DNA of 56,680 nucleotides, taken from contig NC_068986.1 of assembly GCF_001194135.2 (NCBI RefSeq), positions 57,728,393 to 57,785,072 of the forward strand. The letters run 5' to 3'. Positions 1 through 12,210 of the stretch are shown here, one piece after another. Every line of letters starts with the position of its first letter. Positions within the stretch are counted from its first letter, which is position 1. The notes under the pieces were generated by a model that worked only from the letters and a program-made list of their open reading frames with translations, did no database searches and was not told the origin of the DNA. Source of the stretch: Octopus bimaculoides (taxonomy: Eukaryota). The position numbers were made by a program, and so were the translations under genes.

Positions 1-39
<39 letters not shown>

Positions 40-200
40 ATAGATAGATAGATAGATAGATTTATGTGTATATATAATTATATATATATATATACATAGA
101 TGTATATACTTCCATACACATATATATAAATAAGTATATATGTATGTGTGTGTGCGTGCGTGAGTGTGTATTCATATGTATGGTATGTATGTATTCTATA
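1..200. repeat. Compound microsatellite (AT)n/(GATA)n/(TG)n
   Basis: Directly visible tandem di- and tetranucleotide repeats. Confidence 0.95.
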
Positions 201-839
201 TAAATACTTCTTCGTCTGTAAAAAGATCTAAAGCAATGTTGTTCGATAAATGTACTTAAAATTAAGCATTAAATGAAATATTTATATTGTTGCAAATTAA
301 TCGCTTTTCTTTTGGAATATATAAATTACAAATTAAGAAATAAAAAACACAACTAAATACAAATTATGTTAGGTTTAATGCGTTCAGCGTATAATACACA
401 ATGTGGATAGTATAATTATCGATTATTTTTTTGTTTCTTTTCCATAGATTCAAGGCTTCCTGTATATATATAAAAGGAATTAGGGTGGGGAATCTTTCTG
501 AATGTTTGTCGCTCAGAACTCTCTGAGGTTAATTCTATACAGAAAGCACAGTAGGCAATTCGACTGTTAAATTAATTTAAATTCGGAAATATTTAGACAA
601 TCTGAAAAATAATTTAGTCTTGCTCTGAAAGATCTTCCGAGTAATAGCAATGAATAGATATTCTGTTCAATGAATTACTATACATAAATTTATTCTCAAT
701 ATATTGATGTACTTATGTAGTATGTTTGTTGGTATAAACTGTATTTATTACCATCAACTTGTTCATCTTACTGACTTATTCGTTTTCTTTTGTAACAAGG
801 TGTTAGTAGTATAGTTTGTTTATGGTGAAATCAAATGCA

Positions 840-1720
840 CAATGACAGCACCCATATCTGTCTTTCCAGCGCTCTTTCCCTCGCCACCAGTCTCAAGATT
901 GGTGGCGGGAAAGGAGGAAGACAAGACGAGTCGTTGTCTAATAAGCAGGAAACAACGTATCAGGGAATCATGTTTTTTAGAGCGAAAATTTCCTCCGAAT
1001 GCTCGCAACAAAGTGAATTCTGCTAAGCACATCCAAAAGCAAGAAGTGTTGAACCGCATGATATACTGAGCCCAACAATATGTATAGTTGATGTCATGGG
1101 TTCCGCATAGTTTCCAACTAACCAATTTTAATCGTAACGTTCGAGTTAACCTAAAATTACGCCCAATATGCCTGCTCCAGAATATAATTGGGAACCACAC
1201 AATTGCGAAATAAATATTATAACAGCAGAAATTGATAAGAGGGTTTTTGTTCTTCTTTTAATGACTGTTTTTGCCACTGCTTAACATAGAGAGGCTTCAG
1301 TGAAAATTAAAATAACAGCAATCTGCATTTCTGTCTTCCCATAAAGCATATACTTTGCCACCAATTTTGACAGGGGCCTTTATGCAACAACGAAGCTTTT
1401 GGCAGCTTCTTTTAGCTGGTCTTGCTAAAAGTAGCAGCGGCATCTCAATTCACGCGCTGTCAGCTTAGATAAATACAAAAATATCAAGACGGTCACAGTT
1501 GGAACATTTTTGTTGTTTAGTATTGTTCGACCAGGTTTTAGCTCCTTACTTACAACTCAACAGAAACAAACCCGTGAACATGTAATGTAGAATCCCATAC
1601 ATTACCACAGGATTTGCAAGGAACAACTGCCAAATATTTCCCCGCTCCCCATTCTCTGATCATACCCTACTATATTTAAATAAAAGTAAGTACTGGATTA
1701 GAATATCTTCCCCTATAGTC
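840..1720 (+). mobile_element. Very decayed mariner-like transposase relic
   Basis: Hand translation across frames gives mariner motifs in the right order and roughly the right spacing: SWVPH..LTNFNRNVRV (~1095), NIITAE (TGDE-like, ~1215), KTVT (~1490), H(D)NVESHT (~1580), PHS(P)D (YSPD-like, ~1650). No TIR recognised. Confidence 0.4.
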
Positions 1721-2104
1721 TACTTGACCAACAGTTAACCTGGAACTAAGCAATAACAAAAGTAACATAAGATTATCAAAAGCGCAAATCCTAACCTAGT
1801 TGTTATGTACTACCAACTACAAGTCGGCTCAAAATAAGGATAAATATAATCACTTTTTAAAGCTCAGATTATATTGTCCAAAGTGACCTCCTCTTGTTTT
1901 GGATAGGAGAGAGTGATTTGACGAAGGCGTGCCGACTATTCCGAGTAGTTCAAGAAACTCCGTTGAAGATTCTTGCTTAGAAAGCATTTAGATATAATTG
2001 TTTAATGATGAGTGGTGTAGATTCAGTTGAACGAAATGAGCATTAGCCAGTACTCCATTATTCCAGCTACGTTAGTCTTTAAGCACTGTTGTTGTAGTAA
2101 ATTT

Positions 2105-2290
2105 ATTGTTTAGGCCCAGTTTCATCCTGAGACGTAACAGATCCTTGATCAAAAGAGATCTGTCATAACCAACCCAATGTATACTTATTTAGAATACGTT
2201 ATCCAATATACTATTTTTAAGACAGTACTATGGGATGCGAGTGAATTTTTGGGTGGTTTTGTAGGTCGTCGGAACACGCAGAAGCTTTCC
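2105..2290 (+). repeat. Dispersed repeat family with core ~GAGATTTGGCTGCTATTTCTAGCAGGTCG; class unknown
   Basis: Related copies seen by eye at ~4290-4380(-), ~14680-14735(+), ~25165-25240(-), ~25820-25890(-), ~35770-35830(-), ~52200-52420(+) and ~52740-52910(+). Confidence 0.5.
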
Positions 2291-2589
2291 TTGCTGTCAA
2301 CGACTTAGTATTATGATTCAGTATTCAGTGCAAAATAACGAAAGAATTTTGCTCTCACGTTGCCGGCGTTTCTACGTAAGATTATGTAATAAATTACTTT
2401 TGCTTCCAAACAGAAATGCTATCTTGCTACTTAGTGACGAAATATGAACCATTGTAATTGCAACGCGGGATATTTTTAAATCAGAAACCTCTATTATTGT
2501 TGTTGTTTCTTTGTTTTTTTGTTTGTTTTTGTTTGTTATTTTTCCTTCGGCTGAACATTTATGGCAATTTTTCATCGAAATTTAGCTCT

Positions 2590-3180
2590 CTTATCTCTCT
2601 CTCTCTCTCTTTAGCCTTTTTGCTTTCTGACTCTCTCTCTCTCCCTCTCTTTCTCTTTCTCTCTCGCATACACACACATACCAAACTTCCACACATACAC
2701 ACGCAAACGCATTTCACGAAGCAACATAAGAGCTTCTAAACAATCGCTCGACTTTCTAGAAATAGCAGCCAAATTTCTCTGTCCTTTTCCCTCGCCTTAA
2801 CTCTCTTTTTCTCTTTCCTTCTCGCCCTTATCAGACTTCACCGTTTTTGTGGTGTGCATTAGAAAACATAAAGCTTGTCATGATATGATCACGGCTGGAA
2901 TGCCATTTGTCATAGGTCTCCATGGACCGGATTGATCTGGACTCTAAATAGCAGCAAGAAAATATGGGTGACAAATAAAAAAAAAATCGACAGACACACA
3001 GAATGATAGATAGACAGATAGACAGACAGAGAGATAGACAGACCGATAGACAGAGAGACAAAGAAGCAGGCAAGCAAGCAAGCAAGCAGACGGGCAAAAG
3101 GCAGACAGTCAGGTAGCCAGACAGACAGACAGATAGATAGAGAGGAGGATGGATGGATGGATGAATGGATGTATTTGAGA
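2590..3180. repeat. (CT)n, (CA)n, (GACA)n/(GCAA)n and (GGAT)n microsatellite cluster
   Basis: Visible tandem repeats; they explain ORFs 2458..2739 and 2831..3193. Confidence 0.85.
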
Positions 3181-5899
3181 TGGATAAAAACACATATCTA
3201 CCATTAGTACAATTGGATAATTGATTTCACTTGGCCAAACGTTTCCATCATTGGGAGCTCATTCTTATTGGCCTCAATCAGTCAATCCCCACCCACGTGC
3301 TTGTTTGTGCATTGGGTAGTAGTACGCCTCCAGCGTACTGAGTCCGTTTCATGTCAACGTTACAGATTAGTTGACAACGTTTAGCTGACCACATCAAGTC
3401 CTCTTCATAGTTTCGGTGCTCCGTGATCGGTGGTCTTCACTGTGTTTCTTCTTCCAGTTGATGCCAATCACAACGCTATTTTCGCATTTTTGAGACATCG
3501 ATAAAACTGGAAAAGCATGTAAAAATCCTACTGTATTTGTATGTAGTATGCAGAATTTTTTCTGGCCATATGAATGATGTTCATTATCAGAATCCTCTAC
3601 ATTAATCCCGCCTTTCATCCTTTCTGGTTCTAAAGATAATGCACTAGCCGGGTGCGGCGAATTAATTGAATTAGAGTATCCGACATAACGCATTATGGTA
3701 ACGTTTCCGGTTGTATGTGTTTTAAGTTCAAATTCCGCCCCCGGTTAACGATACACTTGTGGGAAGAAAACAGGTTCTCGGGTATCCTTATAACAGTGAA
3801 AGGTTTCCAATATCAGACATGTCGACTGGAGCAAGATCTCGGTTGTATGTTAAAATAAGCAGACCCTACATAAAGTAGCATATACACTAGGACAGAAGGA
3901 GAAGGAATGTGAGTCGAGTGCTTCTTGTCCATGACTAAATCTCAACCTTCACTGCTGATAATAGCAAAAATATAGGAATTAGTAGGTATAATAATGATTT
4001 CTCCTGTATTTGACTGGTGCTTTATTTTTCGACTCTGTATTGAAAAAAGTAAAATTTGATCAAGGCGTGTTTGAAATTAAGGACACAAATGACCGTAACT
4101 AAATAATGCCAAATGTTTCGTTCGATTCTTTTACAAAATCTACCAATTTGCTATACTTCTTACAATATATTGAAATGTTATAAAATGTCAAAGTAAGACT
4201 TGAAACGGATTACGGTCTGAACTCGATCTCGCTTTATAGTGTTTACCACCTTCTAACATGCATGAACCAACGAGATTTTGCAAGTCAGCAAGGGATTATA
4301 AGCAATCAAAGGAGCCCCTATTTGCCAATTCGACTTGCTAGAAATAACAGCTAAATCTTCTTCAAAACACAGCGTACTACTTTTTACTTTATTTTATTTT
4401 TCAACAACAGGGATGCTAATATACCGCATCAAGAAAAGAAAAATGGCAGAATACCTTTTGATCATGGGTCTGTTTGACTCGAGCTGACCTGAGAATTGAC
4501 AATAACAGTAACAACAACAGGGACGACGTCGACATCAACAACAACAATAACTACATTAACAACAACAACACCAACAACATCAACAGTAGTAACAACATAA
4601 TATTGTAAGAAGTCAATAAAAACAAAACGAAGAAACAAATGAGCCATAAACAGAAATACATCCAGAAAAATAAACTGAAACAATCATTGTTCTGTTCTGT
4701 CGTAAATTCTTCGAATATATCTCAGCCTTTTATCCGGCATTCTTCCGTCTTCGAGAGGATAAGCTCATTTCAAAATGCTATTTAGCTTGAGGCATATTTT
4801 TCTCAAATAGAACAATTTTTTTTATTCTTTTTTTCTCTGTTCTGTTCTCTTTTTTTTTCTTGCTTTGTTTTTACAGATATTTTTTCTCATCCAACTCGTT
4901 TCGCAATTCTTGGCATTTTTTTAACAGCCTTGCACTCACTCTCCTTTCCTAATTTTTCACTATTTCTGTTTATCTCTCTCTCTGTCTCTCCACTCTCTCC
5001 TCTCTCTCTTCTACTCTCTCCACTCTCTTCTCCTACCCCTCTCTCTCTCTCTCTGTTCTTTTCACTCACTTTCCCTCTCATATCCTAAGTCTGTCTCTCT
5101 CACTTTCTCTTTCTCTTTCATTAATTCTCGTCACTTTTTGTGTCCACATATATTTCGAATGAAACCCAAATAATTTGCGGATATCTGACGAATAGCATTC
5201 CTTTATTCTTACCTTGCAATACATTCGACAGAATTTCGGTGAAAAAAGAAACAAAAAGGAAAAAGAAAATAAAATACAAAAATAAAATCTCTTTCATCTG
5301 CCTATATTAACTATCACAGGTGATGTCAGTAATTCTCTCTTCAAATGAAATGTGATGATAAAATGAGAATTATACATATTTTCCGTCTTTTATGTAACGC
5401 AGTTGCCATCTCAAGTGCCTTAACGTAGGTGAAACTACTCAGACCGGAAGCAAACGGTGACTAATTCTAAATCAAGTTACTGCACTACACTGGTGGTGCC
5501 TACTATTCATATATTGATTTCTATATTTCTACGTGCCAACGAGAGAAACACATGTGTAGTCTCTCGTCATGTTGAAGATAGCAACCAAGTTTCCCTAGTT
5601 GAGTCTGAAGGATCATAGCTAGAATTTCTTCTATGATAGGCCTGCTTGGTAAGCACTAAACGACGTATAGATTCATTTGAACAAGTTATAAAACTAAATT
5701 TGCTTAAGAATGGTTAAATGCAGACTATACAGATAACAATTTTGAAATGAAATTTTCCTAGCTTGCACCCAAAATTACACACCATGTCCTCTCTCTCTTT
5801 TTCTTTTTATCTATCTATATATATCTATCTATCCTATCTATCTCTGTATATATATCTTTCTCTCACTCCCCCCTTCCCCCTCTCTAGTCCTTACACCTA

Positions 5900-7041
5900 T
5901 CAGGTCATCCCATAAGTTCTGTCCAATTTTATCTTTTTTAAAATTGAATGAAATTTAATAGTATTTTAGAATGTCTAATGGAATTAAAAATTATTTTTAT
6001 GCATTTGTGTACATTTAAATTAACTAAATATTATTTTACAGAATAATAGAATTAAAATTTCTTTGGTTAAAACTCTTTCTAACATGGAACATGTGCATTT
6101 GAGGCACATAATACTTTATGAGTACGAAAAAGGAAACTCTGCAGCCGAAACGACTCGTAATATACACTCAGTTGATGAGAAAGAATACTTGAATGAAAGA
6201 ACTTGCAGAAGATGGTTTGAAAAATTCAGAAGTGGAGATTTCAACCTTGAAGATGAAGATCGAACAGGACGTCCAGTTGAGTTTGATGATAAGCTCCTTG
6301 AGGCGTTGAAAGCAACCGCAAATTCTGAGTTAACCTCTGCTCTTCTCTCCATTCTCGCGAACTCATTTCACCCTTTTTGGATAGACTTGTGACTAGCGAC
6401 AAAATATAAATCTTCTATCGAAATGTTAAACGTTGTAAATAGTGGCTTGGTAAAAGGGAAAAAGCTCAACCACAACCGAGAAGGGAACTTCATGCGAAAA
6501 AGGTTCTTCTCACTATCTGGTGGGATTGCAAAAGAGTAATTGACTTTGAATTGTTACCACCTAATGCAACGATCAATGCTCAAGTTTACTATCAGCAATT
6601 AGAGCGTTTGGATCAAGCTTTGAAGAAAAAAAGACCCGCTTTAGTGAATCGGAAACGAGTGATATTTCATCAGGACAATGCGTGACCCCACACTATAAAG
6701 ATCACATCACAGAAAATCGAAGAGCTTAGTTGGGAAAGAGTTCTTCATCCACCTTATTCTCCCGACCTTGCTCCTTCAGACTACCATTTGTTTCGTAGTT
6801 TACAGAATCATTTGGGAGACATAACTTTCCCAAGCCAGGACGTCGAAACCGACATTTCAGAATTTTTCGCTTTGAAACCAAAAGAGTTTTACATTGATGG
6901 GATTAAAAGTTTGTAAATAGATGGAAGGAAGTCGTAGATAATCAAGGAAAGTACATTGATGATTAAATATCAATTAAATATAACATTTGATCTCTTATTT
7001 TCTTTATTCAAAATTCGGACAGAACTTATGAGATGACCTGC
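5900..7041 (+). mobile_element. Mariner DNA transposon (DD34D), internally deleted, both TIRs present
   Basis: Left TIR CAGGTCATCCCATAAGTTCTGTCCAATTT from 5901; right TIR AAATTCGGACAGAACTTATGAGATGACCTG at 7011-7040; flanking TA at 5898-5899 and 7042-7043; transposase motifs inside. Confidence 0.95.
6084..6966 (+). pseudogene. Mariner transposase pseudogene
   Basis: N-terminal HTH MEHVHLRHIILYEYEKGNSAAE...RRWFEKFRSGDFNLEDEDRTGRP. After a frameshift: LVTSD, KVLLTIWWD, FHQDNA*PH and HPPYSPDLAPSDYHLFRSLQNHL. 34 residues separate catalytic D2 and D3. Several in-frame stops. Confidence 0.93.
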
Positions 7042-7779
7042 TAGATAAAGGGAACAATCTGAAACATTAAAGACTTCAGTTTTCATGGAAATTGAGGTTA
7101 TTGATCTCGTCTAGAATCTAACCTATGTGATACTTATTGCCAAATCAGACCATTACTAGTTTCCTTGGATTCTTGCACACCCTGTAAAGAAATGATTAGC
7201 TCAGCCGTTAAACAAAACTTACCACATTTTTTTTTTGTGCTATGCTCACCAGAAAATATTTTATGTTAGTTTCCTGTTTATTACTTATTTTGTAGCAGGA
7301 TTTAACATCAAAATTAGACCTGAAGTTCCCAATAATTTTCTTTTTTTACATGCTCACTTCATCACTCGAAAACATTTGATACCCTTCCGTTGACATAAAA
7401 AACAAATCTGGTACTAGAAAGTTTTAATTTTAAATATGTGCAATATTTTATATTTTAATCCGAATCAAGTCGGCTCATCTATCACAAGGCATATCAAACA
7501 GAGAATCTTTACTGGAAGTAAGTCTTTGCAACTATTAACACATGTGAGTGTTCTCTCTGACAACATTGTTATCATCCACACTCACACACACGCACGCATT
7601 CATACATATATATATAGACAGCCATATATAATATATGTATGTAATATTTGTGTCTTTGCGCACGCGCGAATGTGGGTGTATATTATTTATATACATTATA
7701 TATGTAGCATGTATTATTATGTTATATATTTATATTTAATAGCTATAGATATAATTTCTAATTCAGCAAAACTCTCAGG

Positions 7780-9844
7780 CCGTTGAATGTTTGCTATTAC
7801 ATTTATCCAAGCAATAAATTCTTGTATACAAAGCATACACAAAAGTACTCGAACGCTATCACCTCAAAAGTCTTATAGCTTAATAGAAGGAAAAATGAAG
7901 GCAATTGGTTATAGTAATAATTTTAATATTACACTTGGTACAATACAACTTAATCAACGTAGACAAAAGCGGAACAATGTGAATGGGTTTCAGAGGGTTT
8001 TGGTGGAATTGATACAGTTCATCCTTTACTAGGAGAACCGATTTATTTTCAACAAATATCAGGGGCTATACGATTTGATGTTTTGCATATTATGAATAAT
8101 GTTGTAAGTGAAAATATCAAATATATGCATGTCAAATTAGAATCTTCCAGAAATAATTGAATGAAACGGCCTTTGGAATGAGCAGTGAATGATTTGTCGT
8201 GCGCTTTGGGAAAAATCAACACTCGCAGTGTGATAGAAGCACGAAATCTCTTGGTTTACTCACTGCTAACTATAGTCTTGAAATAATAATGTTCCATTTG
8301 ACGAAAACTGGTTCTGATGCTGAAACGGTTTTGTAATGAATATACCTAATGATAACTAAAGAATCACATCTGAAATCGTTAACAAAGAAAAAGACATTAG
8401 TTACGAAAATCAAACATTCCTTGTTTCACCAAGTGGCATAGATAAAATATTTTTGTTTATTACATTATTATAATATGTTAGTAAAAACTAACATATATCA
8501 TACATTGCAGCTTCGTCAGGCAATTGTGCTGAAGCAAGTACTGCAGCTCACAATTAAACCTACCGATACAGGCATATTCAAACTCAACTTGCAAAATATT
8601 TCCAGTTGATCCCACTGAATATTCGCTTCGTGATGTTTACTTGATTGTTTAATTAGTCACCGATGCTTCACTTTTTCAAGTTCTACATCAAACGTTGAGA
8701 TACGTAGTATTACAGAATCATTATTTCGTGGCAGAGTTCTCATTCAAGAGCGGGTGGCTTTTATCAGATTCTTCCAGTAAGTCTATTGTTTCAATACTAA
8801 TAAACTAATTCTCCATACAAACAATATCATGTCTCGAGTGACTTCCATTTTTTCATGATTAGTCGTCGTAACTTGGTAAAAACAGATTTCCTAATGCTGT
8901 TCGTACGACTTGAAATCTACCCTTAATTCCAAAACCAAGGAAAATTTAAAGATTAATTTTAACAATGCAAATTTAAAGACTAACTTTAAAAAAGTGAAAT
9001 AGCTGTCACCAAGATGTATTTTGGCGGGAAAAAATAAGTTACAAAATCAAGAAGTGAAATTATGAAAAAAAATTCCAGGAGCGATTATTATTAGAAGTGT
9101 CAGCTCTGTTGCTGATGGCGATTAAGCCGCACAATATTCACCAGAAATTCTTACATTCTCTTAGCATCCCTGATGTTCCACCTCACAGTTTTCTATGAGA
9201 ATAAATTGGAGCTCTGATAATGTTGAGAAATTTTGACCACCAAAATAGTCATTGCAGTGTTACACATTAGCGATTTCCATCTACTACTAACACTAATAAG
9301 TTCAAGTAAGACTGACTGATAGTGCCGCCAAGCAAATTTACTAAATCCCCGTGTCAACTTGCAACCATCCTATACAAATCTGCTGTTTACTTTAAAAAGA
9401 CGTCAATTCTCTGTCAGACATACTTTTGTCATGTCACTAAGCAAAAACTGAAGAGCAAATCCCATCAAAATGTGACATTCACCTCCCTACTTCAGTGTTC
9501 ACACATGGTCAGTTGTATATCGTTGCTATCAGTAGATTTGAGGAAGCTTTAAAACTAAAGACTTTTACTAATCACTGTCGACGAGACATCGTCGCAAAAC
9601 GTCATGATCAAGTGAGTTATTGTATAAATATTACTTAACTTTAATAATTTCGTGTTTGAAATAATTCTTTTGTATAGAAATGTACATGCTTAGAATGCAG
9701 TATGTAGTTTACTTTATGAAATTTTGTTTTTCTAGTTTGTGTTACTTCTTTTCCACTTGATTTTTTTGTTTAATATGTAGTTATATATTTTTTTGAAACT
9801 GAATATCATTTATTCTGTTCGCAAAACTACGGGTCATTTGCTAG
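7780..9844 (+). mobile_element. Helitron relic: Rep-helicase linker, PIF1-type helicase domain and 3' terminus
   Basis: Frameshifted motifs in order: YYTW (7927), TVHPLLGE (8014), Walker-A relic SPSGIDKIF (8426), IAASSG, GGFYQILPV (~8752-8778), RCILAGKN, FLHSLSIPDVPPH (~9148-9186), LRNFD, LFTLKRRQFSVRHTFVM (~9383), VFTHGQLYIVAISR (9495). A degenerate hairpin (9815-9832) is followed by CTAG (9841-9844). The 5' boundary is approximate. Confidence 0.88.
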
Positions 9845-10066
9845 CTTTGATAATATGAATATATTCATTACGTGTTTTGGTAAATAAGAGTTAAATAACA
9901 TGAGAATGAAGTTTATTATATCATTTTCTTGAAATAAAAAAAACTTTTCAGTTGATAAGTTACAATTTTAAATTCTTAAAAACTAATTTAATCAATAAAA
10001 CCGCTTTAAATTCATGACATGAGGTATATAAAACACAGTATAATCTACTTGTTCAAGTTAGTGAGA

Positions 10067-10650
10067 TCATCCAGCTTGAGGCTTATTACAAATGGTTTTG
10101 ATTTCAAGCGCTAATTTAGTTTCCAGTCTGAATCCACTTCGTTTTGTAATATGCAGTCGGTATTTATGTCTTTGCTTTCTCTGGCAAGTCACAGCACTAA
10201 AAGACGTTCCCTCAAATATGAATTCTGAAATGATAACAATCTCTCTCTCTCTCTCCCTCTCTTTCCCTTTAACCACTTCTCTCTCCCTCTCTGTCTGTAT
10301 GTATTTCTCTCTCTCTCTCCCTCTTACTTTCTCTTTCTCTTCAATTATATCATACTTATATAGCCATTGTATATGGATTATTTTCTTGCAGAAATATTCC
10401 TTTGGCATAACTCCAGAAACGTAATGTTGCCAAATATCTTTGTCATCGAATCAACATGAGTGATATTTGCTCCTTTAAATTGCTCCTTTAATATATTCAA
10501 AACAATCTGCGAAATATCTCACAAAGGACTGATTATCAACTGTTAACAAGAGCTTCATTTTGGGCTTTTCTTTCAAAATTCTGCCGAGAATATCAAATAG
10601 TTTCATAGATCAAATGTAGCAATTGTTCCCTGGCAGCCACCTTACATACC
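10067..10650 (-). mobile_element. hAT (Buster/ZBED5-like) transposase 3' fragment, interrupted by a (CT)n tract
   Basis: Minus-strand YVRWLPGNNC..KLFDILGRILKEKPKMKLLLTVDNQSFVRYFADCFE, then (frameshift) QFKGANITHVDSMTKIFGNITFLELCQRNI, then the C-terminus FSAV..KYRLHITKRSGFRLETKLALEIKTICNKPQAG*. This matches recalled Buster-type transposase C-termini. Confidence 0.8.
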
Positions 10651-12194
10651 TGCCGCTGGCGATATATTTACATTTAACAATTTGGTGTCCTTACTGCTAC
10701 TAAGTCCTTGTCGGACAGTTTCTGCTATCCATTCGGGCTTAACCCCTGGTGGCAACCCACACCCATGCACGATTGCATTTTCTTCCACAATATGAGGGGA
10801 GAAACAGAATTATTTCCCCTTTCAGGGGCTGGCTGGCGAATTTCCACGCCATCTCCGGGGTCTCGAACAGCAAGCATACAGTTGCATATTTGGGACCCCT
10901 AGCAATATTCCTTATCATCGGCATATATTCCGTCAGCTCTTCTTCTATCTCTGGTCTAGAAAAGAGGAAAATGAATAAGTCCTCAGAACCACTGTCCTCT
11001 CTTTCAAAACTTTCCCCCATTCTTTGGGTGGGTTGATCTCCCACTCCAAATTAATGTTATTATTATTTTTTCTTTCCATGTTCACAGTTAACTGTAGAAA
11101 AAATTAAAACAAAAAAGCAAGAAAAACAGTTTAAAAAATGCACAGTTAAATGTCCACTGTCCTCTGGCCTATTCGAACCAGTCCTGAGTAATCCTCTGGC
11201 CAGTCCTGAGTAATCCGATATAGGTAATCCACAATATCCAAATATTTTTTCTGCAAAATCAGATGTTCACTGTATAATTAACAGCAATCAGTACTTGAAT
11301 GTCCATATTCAGAGACAAAAATCCAGTTACAAAAGTCTTCAATAAAATATTTTCGTTAGAAAAAATTCCTGCGTTGCGGGATACATCTCCCAGGAACTTT
11401 TCAATGAAACCAACGCAACCAAAGGCGAACAAAATCGCCCCGAGACCAGTGGGCGTACCTTACTAGTGAAAAATAATAATAATAAAATACAAGTAACGCA
11501 TCCCCACTGTGCCCCAGAAACAAAATTCCCACTACCTTCAGGCTGCACTGCTAATATGTTTTCGTAGACTTAATCCAAAACAGAGCTAAACTTAGCTGTG
11601 TTGTCATTACAAAAAAAAAAAAAAAAAAANNNNNNNNNNNNNNNNNNNNNNNNNNNNNNNNNNNNNNNNNNNNNNNNNNNNNNNNNNNNNNNNNNNNNNN
11701 NNNNNNNNNNNNNNNNNNNNNNNNNNNNNNNNNNNNNNNNNNNNNNNNNNNNNNNNNNNNNNNNNNNNNNNNNNNNNNNNNNNNNNNNNNNNNNNNNNNN
11801 NNNNNNNNNNNNNNNNNNNNNNNNNNNNNNNNNNNNNNNNNNNNNNNNNNNNNNNNNNNNNNNNNNNNNNNNNNNNNNNNNNNNNNNNNNNNNNNNNNNN
11901 NNNNNNNNNNNNNNNNNNNNNNNNNNNNNNNNNNNNNNNNNNNNNNNNNNNNNNNNNNNNNNNNNNNNNNNNNNNNNNNNNNNNNNNNNNNNNNNNNNNN
12001 NNNNNNNNNNGAAAAATAATAATAATAAAATACAAGTAACGCATCCCCACTGTGCCCCAGAAACAAAATTTCCCCTACCTTCCGGCTGCGCTGCTAATAT
12101 CTTTTCGTAGACTTAATCCACAACAAAGCTACATTTAGCTGTGTTGTCACTATGACCCGAGGAACCACTCTGATTCGCACATGCGCCGTGCAGC
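10650..12194 (-). mobile_element. Non-LTR element unit B: 5' leader plus N-terminal part of an ORF1-like (Tx1/L1-type) protein, 3' truncated, spanning gap 11630-12010
   Basis: Starts right after the target motif ...CTTGCTTCCC with GCTGCACGGCGCATGTGCG. ATG at 11081(-) gives, across frameshifts, MEREKNNNNINLEWEINPPKEWGKVLKERTVVLRTYS..RPEIEEEL..IRNIARGPKYATVCLLFETPEMAWKFASQPL..LPSYCGRKCNRAWV..LPPGVKPEWIA. This resembles RRM-like ORF1 N-termini. Confidence 0.6.
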
Positions 12195-12210
12195 GGGAAG
12201 CAAGATTCTT

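Noticed and set aside
820-1300. Minus-strand hydrophobic reading resembling an MFS/monocarboxylate transporter
   Set aside because: Multiple stops and only vague similarity; the plus-strand mariner motifs explain the region better.
3394-3693. 99-aa minus-strand ORF that looks protein-like
   Set aside because: Its middle is the antisense of a decayed SINE body (GCCTTTCATCCTTTC); there is no recognisable domain or splice structure.
10067-10230. FIFEGTSFSAVT / HKYRLHI resemblance to T-box motifs behind a good splice acceptor
   Set aside because: The motifs are in the wrong order for a T-box; the whole peptide fits the Buster transposase C-terminus much better.
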